Shown here: in pieces, positions 32,804-43,809 of the stretch
How positions within the stretch are numbered: the first letter of the stretch is position 1
How the letters are laid out: every line of letters starts with the position of its first letter
Assembly (NCBI RefSeq): GCF_000143415.4
Contig: NW_003314271.1
Coordinates: 1 to 64,000 of the forward strand
From: Selaginella moellendorffii
Lineage: Eukaryota > Plantae > Lycopodiophyta
Direction of reading: 5' to 3'
Length of the DNA: 64,000 bases
Notes under the pieces: model-generated
Database searches by the model: none
Seen by the model: only the letters and a program-made list of their open reading frames with translations
What the model was told of the DNA's origin: nothing
Made by a program: the position numbers and the translations under genes

Positions 32804-35700
32804 CATATGTAAAACTGACCAACTTACAAAATATATTTCACATGGATGCCAATTATTTCATTTGTGATACAAATAAAACAATAATTATAACCCAACAATC
32901 ATAAAAGTAATAATTTCTTTTGATTTACTTTTAATAACTTATCTTAATCCCTCTTTTAATAATTTAAAGTCAATGTAGATGAGACTAAATTATGCCTTGA
33001 AAGCTATTCAAAGTATCCATGAATGTTAGCTCTATCCTTGAAAGATTTCAAGAGAAAAATGTTTAATTATAAATTTTCAATCTAGAATTGATGTGAGTTG
33101 TATTATGCAACAATTAAGATAGTGTAAGATTTGCAAGATCATCAATTCTTTGAAAAATACCACTAACATGACAAAAATAATAGTTGAAAAAAAATTATTT
33201 GAAAGCACAACCTTTAGATTTTCATAATGTTTGACAACACTTTGTACATTTCCTAAGGAACACCATGTGGAGTATACTTACAAATCAAAAAATAAAATTA
33301 AAGTACTTTAGAAAAATCTTATACTCATAGCTTGATTAGAACTCCATCTTTATCAACTATGAATTATTTGAGGAAAGAAATAAACAATTGGAAAGTAAAA
33401 CAAAATGAATTGGAGATTCTTTAAATTGCATCAATATCTTTAATCGAATTTAAAAATAACTTATAATACATGAAGATTCCGTTTTGTTTTTTTTTTTTTG
33501 CAACAACACAATGTGTAGTTGGTAGTTTTTCCTATATACTTCAGCGGTAAGTCATGAGAAAGCAAAAAGCCCTCAGGCACATTATCGGGTTGTTTCTTGA
33601 CTTCATTCAACATGCCATTCCCTTGTTTGTGTGAATGATATATGAAGTTGCTTTCTATTTTGCTCAAGAAAAAAAAGATAACATGGAAAAAAGGGCAAAG
33701 AATAAAGAATCAATATACCTCTCATTTAAAGATGAGCTCTTAGCAAACCAAATGGCTTTATGCTTAATAGAGCTGAGAAAATAACTATAGGTAAAACAAA
33801 CAGTCTAAATGACACTAAAACTAATGTGGGAGACAAGCACATGACAAAAGATCAGGAGAAACAACACAATTTACACTACTAATCTCATACTTTCTGTTGT
33901 GCACCTATAAACCACCCAAAGAAAGTTGAGAGTATAGAGTAGGTGGGAGTTTAGAAGAGCCTAAAAAGAGAGAACAAGAGTAATCTAAACCAATTTTGCA
34001 AAAGTTTGCCTATACTTCTTGACAGATAGTTAGACTGCTAAAACAAAATAAACAAAATATAATGAATGTTTGGTGCTTTGGTTAGCTCAACTATATAAGT
34101 AGTTAACAACAAATGAATCCATACTAGCAAATGTTTATTTAGCTAGGTGTCGTTGTAAATAAACTTTTTTTAAAAATGCATTCAATTAAATTAAAGAAAT
34201 ATATAAAAGGAAAAGAGAATTTAAAGGAAATCCAACAATTTAATAACCATATGTGTTGGGATTGTGGATGACATAATTAAATTTAATGATGTTGAGTAAA
34301 TTGTTGTATGCTTCTTATTGATTTTCAATTTGCTACTTAAACTCACACACAACATATATTGTGAATGAATATTGTGAATCAAATATATTTACGAACTTAT
34401 GGTTGCCAAAAGTTTATGGATCTACATCACATAACACAAAAATGTGATTATAGTGATGCTCAAATGCTTATGATTGATGATCACCAAAGTTTGTTGTTGA
34501 GATGGGAGTATTAGCCATTTCTCCTTGCCAAAATACAAGTCGATTATTATTTGGACAATATTATCGGAAAGATTTTAGAATATAGCTCCGTGGCATGCAC
34601 ATAAATTTAAATAAACCAAGTGCATTATTTTATCCCTAATAGTTCATATAATTTGCAATTCTCTTTGCTCTCCACAACCATGAATATAAATAAATATAAA
34701 GAAAATGTATAATTAATTTAACCTTCCATTTGCACAAAAACAATTGTTTGCTACTAATGAGGTTGGATCATTATTGTTGTCTTCCAAAAGCATCTTGAAA
34801 ATTAAATGAGCCATTTCTATACTTTACCATTGTTTGTGTCAATCTTTATATAAAACGTGAAAATGGGGTTAGGTTATTTTTGATATAAAATTTTATATAA
34901 AATTGTCGTACTTCCTTAGTTGTATTTCCATGGTAGAGTGGATGGGGAAATAAATAAAGCAATCACTCTTAGTGCATATTATGCTTTGTAACTTTGTCTT
35001 AAATGTTTTTTAATTGATTTGATTATTATTAAGATAAATGTACATGTATATATGTAAGACATATGTAAGACTGACCACCTTGAAAAATATATTTCACATG
35101 CATGCCAACTGTTTCATTTGTGATACAAATAAAGCAATGATTATAGCCTAGCAATCATAAAAGCAATAATCTCTTTTGACTTACTTTTAATAACTTATTT
35201 TAATCCCTCTTTTAATAATTTGAAGTCAATGTAGATGAAACTAAATTATGCCTTGAAAGCCATTCAAAGTATCCATGAATGTTAGCTCCATCCTTGAAAG
35301 ATTTTAAGAGAAAAATGTTTGATTATAAATTTTCAATCTAGAATTGATGTGAGTTGTATTATGCAATAGTTAAGATAATGTAAGATTTGCAAGATCATCC
35401 ATTCTTTAAAAAATACCACTAGCATGACAAAAACAATGGTTGGATAAAAATTTATAAAACTCTAATAGCACAACTTTTAGATTTCCATAATGTTTGAGAA
35501 CACTTTGTACATTCTCTAAAGAATAATACATAGCTATGTGGAGTATGCTTACAAATCAAAAATAAGATAAAAAAACTTTAGAGAAATCTTATATTTGTGG
35601 CTCAATTGAAACTCCATGTTTGTCATCCAGATCATTCAAGGAGAGAAATAAACAATTGGAAAGAAAAACAAAATGGATTAAAGATTCTTTAAATTGCATT
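30868..35700 (-). repeat. Tandemly duplicated AT-rich ~2.1-2.6 kb unit (30868-33430 and 33587-35700), possibly a decayed LINE; extra internal duplication at about 31400-32225
   Basis: Long collinear identity between the units; weak AIxFARxxxF motif like a non-LTR retroelement C-terminus; no long ORF. Confidence 0.6.
32724..32798. repeat. (TA)n microsatellite
   Basis: About 37 TA units; the paralogous site near 35045 is unexpanded. Confidence 0.95.
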
Positions 35701-36170
35701 AGTCAAGTTTGAAAATGGCTCATAATACACTAAGATTCCTTGCAACAACACAATGTGTAGTAAATAACTTATAAATTCAAGAAGAGAAAGTACAAATATG
35801 GTAACTTTTCCTGTATACTTAAGCAGTAGAGCCATGAGGAAACAAGAGGTTGTGAGCCATGGTGTAAGCTGAGTTGCCTTCTGTACAATTTCCATAAGGC
35901 GCTGAGCATCGCCCAGGTGCAAATTGGCCTAGCTGAGTGACAACTTGTGGCTAGTTCAAGGTTGTCCAGTACTTCACATGGTCACCGAAAGTCTTGAAAC
36001 AAAACTCTGGCAAAATTTGTAAAGTCTTTCCTGAAAAGAAAAGAAAACTAGCTTATCCTATTTATTCATAAAATACAGCATACACCTCGATTGCCTGTGG
36101 CAAGTCATAGTGATTGAGATTGGAATAAGGCTGGATCCCTTTCAGGAGCATGTAATCTATAACACTACTC
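35697..36170 (-). pseudogene. Glycoside hydrolase family 1 (beta-glucosidase) internal fragment
   Basis: IDYMLLKGIQPYSNLNHYDLPQAIE|...CFKTFGDHVKYWTTLN*PQ...FAPGRCSAPYGNCTEGNS...YTMAHNLL...H...GILVYYEP; the catalytic NEP glutamate codon is a stop. Confidence 0.8.
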
Positions 36171-36373
36171 CATAACATTCGCGGGCAAGGATCCCTGTCA
36201 GCGCTGAGCGAGATTAGCTCAAATTTGCCATCATCCCAGACAATATGAGGCGATCAAGAACACAAATCCCCCATCCAAATCCCATTTGGCCCAGCTCTCC
36301 AATTGCAAATAGCTGGATAAAGAACGCTATAATTTCCTCTCTTTAGTTAGCTAGTGTCTCAATACAGTGACGT

Positions 36374-36510
36374 TGAAGATTGGAATGGCTATCTGGATTG
36401 TCGATCCCATTGGCTTCATGCTCAGTGTTGCTGATTCTTGAGCTGTTGAGATTCGTATTTATCCTCTGCTCAAGCCACAGGACCCGTGTTTTGCACTTCT
36501 GTGATCTCAA
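36374..36510 (-). pseudogene. 5' remnant (promoter plus about 15 codons) of the DJ-1/PfpI gene
   Basis: Near-identical to 41088-41215 (MKPMGSTIQIAIPIF). Confidence 0.8.
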
Positions 36511-36898
36511 TTGCAAGAAACTATTATTGTTCCAAAAAGTTTGCAACATGAGTATGAGAGCTTTCTAGGTTTTTTCAGGGCTGCTGCACGGGATTGTGTT
36601 CTTTCTCTAGGGAACCAGCCGCCAAGGTTTGTTGTGTCTAGTTTTCTCTACAAGCTCTCGTTTTTTTCTCTTTTTCTTTAGGAATCCTCGCTGGCGGGAT
36701 TGCCATCCAAGCTGCTTCTTTCTAGGTTTGTTGTGTATTCCCCTGTCCAACTGTGCAAGCTTATTATTTTCTCTAGGTGAACCAGGGTGCTCCATCTTTA
36801 CTGAGTTTGCAGGGCTGTCTTTTACGTCTTTTCTCTTGTGGTGCAGGTTTGTTGTTGAGTTTCGTCTCTTAGCTCCACTGTGAACGCTTTTTCCAGTG

Positions 36899-37496
36899 AT
36901 GAAGACCAGATCATCTCCAGGAATTCTCTTAGGTGTGCAGTGTTTCAAACTGGATGGATTTGATCTTTTCCTCTTTTTCTTTGTTTAGGGGGTATCGATC
37001 AAGTGAAGACTACATATCCATATGTAGCAATTAAAAAAGCAGACAGAGAGCATGGAGGATATCCAATGGACAGGTTTTGCTATGAAAGAAATGTAAGTTT
37101 TATATTTGTCTCGAGCTTTGTAATATTGTTTTTCTTTGTGTAATTTCTAGGGACGAAGGGCGTACTTTCCTCAGCCTGAGGATATGCCTGCAGAGGTAAC
37201 CTTTCCCCCTTACCTAAAGGGCACGCGCTTGGAGGAGGCGCAGCAGGCATATCAACGGAAGAAACCAAATATCCGGTTTTTACCAAATTGTGCCAAAGCG
37301 GAATTCAGTAAAGTAACCAAAGGTGCATTCTGGGTCACTGTTGGACGGTAAATTTTCCTTTTGTTTCTCTTCTTTAGTTTTATTTTTTATTTTTTTCAGG
37401 AATTCTACCTTGGATAGCATTCCAGCTGCAATTAACCATCTACTCTTTTTTTACTGCCTTCCAGATGAATTTGACGATGGGCTGGCGATGGACTAG
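36899..37496 (+). CDS. Orphan 4-exon gene encoding a 143-aa protein, intact copy B
   Basis: Exons 36899-36932, 36989-37092, 37151-37347 and 37400-37496 joined by GT-AG introns of 52-58 nt give an open frame MKTRSSPGILLGGIDQVKTTYPYVAIKKADREHGGYPMDRFCYERNGRRAYFPQPEDMPAEVTFPPYLKG...FYCLPDEFDDGLAMD*. Confidence 0.65.
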
Positions 37497-37792
37497 TTTA
37501 TCACAAGGTATTCTTTATTGTGTTTATTTTTTTTCTTTTGTTGCAGTAAACATGAAGCCTTTCGTGGCTATTATAAATTTAAGGTAGTAAAGAAAGCATT
37601 TTTGATAAATAATATATAGGAGTCTCGATGCTGTAATCGCTTTAAAGTTAGCTCGCTTTGAGAGCCTGTGTTGCCTTTTTCCCATTGGCTATCACCTCGG
37701 TTTTGCCTCGTCTTGCTAAAATTAGCGTTGGCTCCGGGAACATGAACCGCCGTAGAACTCTTGGGATGGAATTGAGGAGCTCATCACTTGCA

Positions 37793-39177
37793 TTCTTCTA
37801 TTTCGCAGCCTTTGCCATGTGAAGGATTGGACAACCTTTAACTCAGCTCAGGTATGACAATGGCACACCATGGAAACTCATCTTGAATTGAAACTCAAAA
37901 GTTCCTTAAGACTAAAGGCAAACAATTGCTGGATCTCAAGCTCAGGATTGCCTTGGTAAACTTGGTTTTGAGAAAAAATTAATGCTTTCTGAGATCAAGT
38001 CATAGTTTAAGCATTAACATCAATGCTTTATTAAGATTAACTTGCTAGAGTTTGTTCTTTTGCAAGAGGTAAAATGGAAGTCTTAAAAAACTGTGTTGGA
38101 CTTCCATTGACTTCCGTTGACTTTGAGCTCTCAGGTCAGTTGGTGCATGTTCCCGAGTTTTCTTTTCTTTTTTTTTTTGTGAGACTCCTTTGATTTTGCT
38201 GCAGTGGTAAAAAACTGTCAGGTAGTGTGGTAGGCCATAATTGTTTATGTTTGAGGGATTTGCAAAAGCTTCCCACAATATTTGTTTCTCAAGGATATTA
38301 TCTATCTATCGTTTATAATCTTGTGGTGCCCAACCTGGAAGCACATGAAAAATGAATGCAAGTGTTTGTGAAATTTGCTAATACGAAAGAACAAGGATTT
38401 ACTTTGGCATTGATCAAATTTGCGAGAATAGTTCTTGGATGCTGCCCTTCTAGACGTCACCCACACATATCTGCGAGAAAGAGCTTCCACTGTTCTAAGA
38501 GAATCATCATCTGATCAGCAAGACATTTACCTCCACGATTTTCTCTGAGGCTTCCGGGACCAGGATCACTTCCACGAAAACTTCCGCGACCTGATCCACG
38601 AGCCACAAGACCTTTTAGATGCATGCTTTCCTGCTAGAGTTTCTTACCTTATTTTGACAATTATGGTTAATCACTAGGACTTATACTTACCTTCTCTTAT
38701 TTTCAATCTAGAGGCATATCTCTTATTAAATGGATATCTAAAGTCTCACAAGAAAGTATTTCATTTGTTCAATCATCAAGGGAAAAACCATAAGTTCCAA
38801 TGATGACCCAACATCAAAAAGCATGTAAGATGTTTAGTTAGTAAGACAATAAATTTTACTAGAAAATAATTCAAAGTAGTAGTTAATGCCGTCCGCAGGC
38901 AAGGATCCTTATCGGCACTGGGCAAGATTAGCTCAAATTTGTTGTCATCCCAGACAATATGAGGCGATCAAGAACACGAATCCCTCTAAACGCCCCATCC
39001 AAATCGCACTAGAAAATTCGGCCCAGCTCTCTAATTGCAAGTAGCTGGATAAAGAACGATATAATTTCCTCTCTTTAGTTAGCTAGTGTCTCTCTTGGTG
39101 AAAAGCTTAAAAGCCAAATGCCGGCCTGAGCTGAGGTTGACCAAGCCACGATAAGTCGAACACTTGGACTTTCTTAA
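37793..39177. repeat. Composite duplicated block (GH1 trace, 3' end of the Rossmann-fold gene, unknown segments)
   Basis: Near-identical to 62624-64000; parts recur at 48100-48950 and inverted at 55530-56300. Confidence 0.85.
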
Positions 39178-39277
39178 GTCACTAGGAAAGACAATAGCAC
39201 GTCAGAAACGCCCTCCTTATCACATTTGATCCATTCTTCTCCTGAAACGACCTCCTTATCACATCCAGAACCCTGAG

Positions 39278-40120
39278 AAAAGGCTGAACAGGAAGTGACT
39301 TCAGCATCAGATGACGGCTGGTGAGCGCAACTTCTTCCAGCTTCCGTTCTTCGTAGTTGATTTTAACAAAGAGAAGTTTCACGTCACGACCATCCAACAC
39401 CAATGGCGGGCTTTCACCTGCATGGCTTCTGGTTAATGACTACCAAGATAGCGAACGAAACAACGAAAGTGAAAAAGAAAATACTTAAGTTTCTCGGCAA
39501 AACCCGGATCTTAAACACCACGGTTGTCTTTTTCTCAGACAGAACAAATTTCAGCTCGACCTGGATAGAAGGTGGAAAAAACGAAATCAGCATCCAATTA
39601 GTACGGTGCGTTACCGTGTCAAAGTGATAGCCAGTGGCCTTCAAAAAGATCTCCTTGGGCGCCTCTTTGACAGCCATCTCTTCAGCTACAGGAGAAGCTC
39701 CAACACTCACTGTGGAGAATTGGCTAGACCCTGCAAAAGCACGCTACAGTTCGACATGCCTTAGTCCGTAAGCTTCGCGAAAATGGAAAAAAAAAAAACG
39801 TACCGGCAATTTCAATCGGCTTCCGCGCACGCAACCAAGTTCCTACATTTTTTGTTCGAAGATGAGAACCAAAAACAATGCTTGAAACGAATTTCGAAGA
39901 CAAGGCAAACGTGGAACTTACCGAGTGAAGCTCCTTGCCTGCAAAAGAGAGTAGCAAATTCAGAGGAAGTAAATTGACATGAAAAGGAAGAACCGAGAGA
40001 GAACAAAAAAATCAGAAGCAAGAAGAAATAAAGCACCGGGAAAGCTCTGGTGGCTAATGACAGTCGCGAGGAGACGGCCAAGACGAAACTAAGCCCTGGT
40101 CTCTGGTGACGGTGGCCATT
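39278..40120 (-). pseudogene. 5' fragment of the aminopeptidase N gene (promoter region continues to about 40290)
   Basis: Matches 26705-27584 with deletions: [30 protein letters not shown]...LPVQPF, then breaks off. Confidence 0.88.
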
Positions 40121-40410
40121 TTCTCCTCTTAAACCCCTAAAATCCAAAGACACAACACAGGCAGCTCCATTCTTTTAGAATCTTTACTGCTCGAGATCAT
40201 CAAAGCACGAATGCGCTGCGCACAAAATTGCGAAAAACCTGTCGAGCAAATATTATCGCGCGCTCCTCTTTTCGGTCAACACGCCACTGAGGTGATTAAA
40301 AGTTACTAAGGACTAAAAGTTACTAAGAAAAGTTACTAAGCATTTAAAATTTACTACTAAGGATCGATCACCTCATTGATAAGACGATTTGCATTCAAGA
40401 AGAGATGGGA

Positions 40411-41134
40411 TTATTTGGGATTATCGATCCACAGCTCATGGGCAAGCTTGACAATCTCCTCCCCGGCCTTGCAAGGAGAGCCAGCATCGTATGGCGGCTG
40501 CGGATCATACTCGATCATCAGCTGCACCGCTTTGGCAATCTTCTCATTCGTGATGATCGAGGCCAAGTAGATGGCCATGTCGATCCCTGAAGAAACTCCT
40601 GCAGCGGTCACGATCTTTCCCTGCTTGATGTACCTCTGGCTCGTCACCTTGGCACCATATTCCTTAAGCTGCGGATACGCGGCCCAGTGTGTCGTGGCTT
40701 TCACGCCCTTGAGCAATCCCGCTGCGCCGAGGATCAGAGCTCCAGTGCACACTGAAGTGGTGAATGTTGTGCATTCGTGAGCCTGGAAGATCGACACAAG
40801 AACAAGCAGGGCTGGATCGATCGAAATGGATGAAGAAACGAGCAATTACCTTGCGGATGTAGTCGAGGAGTGGCTTGTGATCTAACGGCAGGAGCTTGGG
40901 AGTGCCTCCTGGAACTAGCAGAATGTCAGGATTGGGCAGATCTTCAAAGCTGGCGCTTGCTTCAATCTTGAATCTGCCTTCGTCTGCAACAACGAGGCCC
41001 AGCTTGTCGCTCACGAAGGTAACGCTCACTCCCGGGAGGCGATGGAGCGCTTCATACGGCCCAATTGCATCCAACACAGTGATGTTGTTGAAGATTGGAA
41101 TGGCTACCTGGATTTTCGATCCCATTGGCTTCAT
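40411..41134 (-). CDS. DJ-1/PfpI family protein of the bacterial isocyanide hydratase (InhA/ICH)-like clade, 218 aa, one intron (40783-40849)
   Basis: ITVLDAIGPYE, DILLVPGG, TSVCTGALILGAAGLL, KATTHW, VTAAGVSSGIDM, AVQLMIEYDPQPPYDAGSP; exons 40850-41134 and 40411-40782 splice in frame. Confidence 0.9.
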
Positions 41135-41449
41135 GCTCAGTGTTGCTGATTCTTGAGCTGCTGAGATGGGTATTTATCCACTGCTCAAGCTGAACCAGGG
41201 GCCCATGTGTTGCACGTGTTTTCGTTCATAACCAAGTTGTAAGCAACACAATAACAGCTGTTATTCCAATTGTCAACATGAAATAGTTATATGCAAAATC
41301 AAAGTGGCAATTTGTATATTTTATAAAATGAAAATGACATGTACAAAAATCAAGTCTATTACAATGATTTTTAATCATATTTACTTTTATATAAGTAAAA
41401 GACAACATTAATATTAATTAATTTTAAACACTGACTAGTTTAGTCCTGA

Positions 41450-41690
41450 CCATGGCTCAAACAGAGGGGAAAGTTTACTACAGGCTCCTGAAATGCTAGC
41501 TATGACTTGCCAGAGTCAGGATGGCCGAGCCTGGTCTCCAAGGAACTTTGTTCTGTTTTGCAGGAAAGACCTTTACCGAGTTTCTTCAAGACTTTCGGTG
41601 ACAGTGTGAAATACTGGACAACCTTTAACTCAGACAATGACCAGTTCGCACTGAGCACCTTATGGAAACTGCTACTGAGTCTTATGTTTG
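41450..41690 (+). pseudogene. Heavily deleted GH1 beta-glucosidase fragment (related traces at 27950-28085, 37810-37880, 48115-48175)
   Basis: YYRLL, YDLP, FFKTFGDSVKYWTTFN and PYGNC remnants. Confidence 0.65.
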
Positions 41691-41845
41691 TCCTGGCTCC
41701 AGTCGCGCTGGTCTACTTGCGGAGGCTGCGAAACAAAAGAATGCGAGTGGAGTTCCACGGCGGTCCACGTTCCAAGAGCCAGTGGTGGAGGCTGAATGCC
41801 AAAAGTTGCGATGAAGCGGCTCAAGAGTGGTGGAGACGAAGCCAA

Positions 41846-42730
41846 TGTGATTGCCATTGGGATAGTGTTGAGATATACGCTCTCTATGACATGATCTTAG
41901 GTGGCAAGAGTGCTAGGCTAAATCCTGGTTTAGGCTAGAGGTGTGTCTCTTGATCATGTATATATAGCTATGATGTTATATTCAACTATCTTTCACGTCA
42001 TCCTTGTCCATCATAGCTTCTGCATATCTGTTTCATGGTATCAGAGCCTTGAAGGCTCCAGATCCTGGGACAATGGCGCTGGCCAAGGAGGAGGCCAACA
42101 AGGATGATGATGAGCCACCGGACGTGGCTGAGAGGTGCCAAGATTTGGCACTGTGCTGCACTAAGCGCCAAGATAACGGCACTAACAAGCTGAGCAAAGC
42201 ACTAGGGCATGATTGAGCAGAGACTGGCCCAGAGGTGCTGGCAAAGGCGCTGAGAGAGGGCTGGCGGCTAAGTGATGCGTGCTAAGGTGTGAGATAGCGG
42301 CCCTGAGGGATAGCACTGAGAGAGGTGCTGAGAGGAGGCACTGCACTAGGGTGTGAGAGAGCACTGGACACAGCCCTGAGGTGCTGGCAGAGGCATTGAG
42401 AGAGGGCTGGTGCGAGGCAGACTGCAATAGGGTGTGAGAGAGCACTGGAGACGGCCCTGAGGCGCTGGCAGAGGCACTGAGAGAGTGGTGTGAGGCACTT
42501 AGCAGAGAGACTGGCCAAAGGCGCTGACAGAGGTGCCGGGCACTTGACACTGGCCAAAGGTGAATGCCATGAAAGAAGAGTGGAAGCTATGATGGACAAG
42601 GATGACTCAAATGATAATCATATATTTAGCTATAATGACTCGAATGATAATCATATATTTAGGTATAATGTTATATTCTATTATCCTTCGAGTCATCTTT
42701 GTCCATCATAGCTTCTGCATATCTCCTTCA
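41846..42730 (+). mobile_element. Small non-autonomous LTR element (TRIM-like) with an inverted partial LTR
   Basis: TG...CA segment 41846-42035 followed by the tRNA-iMet PBS TGGTATCAGAGC (42036-42047); GC-rich internal repeats; inverted LTR end at 42565-42606; direct LTR end again at about 42660-42730. Confidence 0.65.
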
Positions 42731-42829
42731 GATAGAACAGGCAATGCAGACTCTCAAAGCGAGCTACATTGTCGGCCTATATATTATTTATCACATACAA
42801 GAAGTAATACTTTGTAATAAATTAGTCTA

Positions 42830-43266
42830 TTGCCGACTTGTTATCAAATTCGTCCGGAAAACAGTAAAAAAAGAATTAACAAGAAAAAATTAAACCTAAA
42901 GAAGAAAAACAAAAAAAAAACTTACTTTTGGTTGCTCTATTAAATTTTAGTTTGGCACCATTTTGTAAAAATTGAATATTTGGTTTCATTCATTGATATG
43001 CTTGTTATGGCGCCTATGAGGTAAAGGGGAAAGATTGCCTCTATGAAAGATTCTCTAAGATTGCTTAAAGTTTACATTTCTTTCATCGCAAAACCTGTCC
43101 ATTGGATATCCTCCATGCTCTCTATCTGCCTTTCTAACTGCTATATATGGATATGTAGTCTTCACTCAGATCGATACCCCCTAAACAAAGCAAAACAAAA
43201 AGATCAAATCCATCCAATTTAGAAGTACACACCTGAGAGAATTCCTGGAGATGATCTGGTTTTCAT
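42830..43266 (-). pseudogene. Orphan 4-exon gene family, degenerate copy C
   Basis: Homologous to 36899-37496 with deletions in exons 3-4. Confidence 0.7.
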
Positions 43267-43809
43267 CACTGGAAAAAGCGTTCACAGCGAAGTTACAGTA
43301 AAGACGCAATGCAATGGCCTCTTGCTGGTCTGGTTCACCTAGAGGAAAAAAATAAACTTGCAGAGTTCGTCTCCTTGAGATTCCGCTTTCTCAACCTCCC
43401 AAAACACAACAAAGCACAATCCTGACTAGCCCCGAAATAACCTAGAAAGTCCAGCGATGGGCTGGTTCGGACCGCCTCGTACTTCCTGAGCTCCGGCTCA
43501 AAGGTGACGGATCTCTTCTTGAGCACTCCCAAAGGCTGACGGCAACTCTTCCTTAATGCGATCGGCAAAGGATCTTCACACACAACCTCGTTCGCCCACA
43601 CAACATATGCTCGTTTACGAGTTTCTCCCAAACGTCCTCTTCGAAGACACGGAGGACCTGGAAGTTCCGTTTTGGTACAGCTCTCTGGGTATATCTCCAC
43701 CAGGTTTAAGCTGGCGGGATCGTTCTGCGTCTACTCTGGCAGTGATGCTGCCTGCCGGAAGACCATCCTTGTCACTGTTGAGAACTTGCGTAGAGTTACC
43801 TGAGTTCAG

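Noticed and set aside
36607-36948. ORF with DDLVFITGKSVH as an Smr domain
   Set aside because: It is the antisense reading of the spliced orphan gene and is not open across copies.
38302-38490. Recurrent 62-aa ORF MEALSRRY... (also 48603 and 63122)
   Set aside because: Non-ATG start and an alternative frame over the last exon and 3' UTR of the Rossmann-fold gene; recurs only because the block is duplicated.
35697-41690. GH1 + isocyanide hydratase + peptidase as a functional metabolic gene cluster
   Set aside because: All GH1 pieces here are broken fragments; the adjacency is explained by rearrangement and there is no sign of co-regulation.
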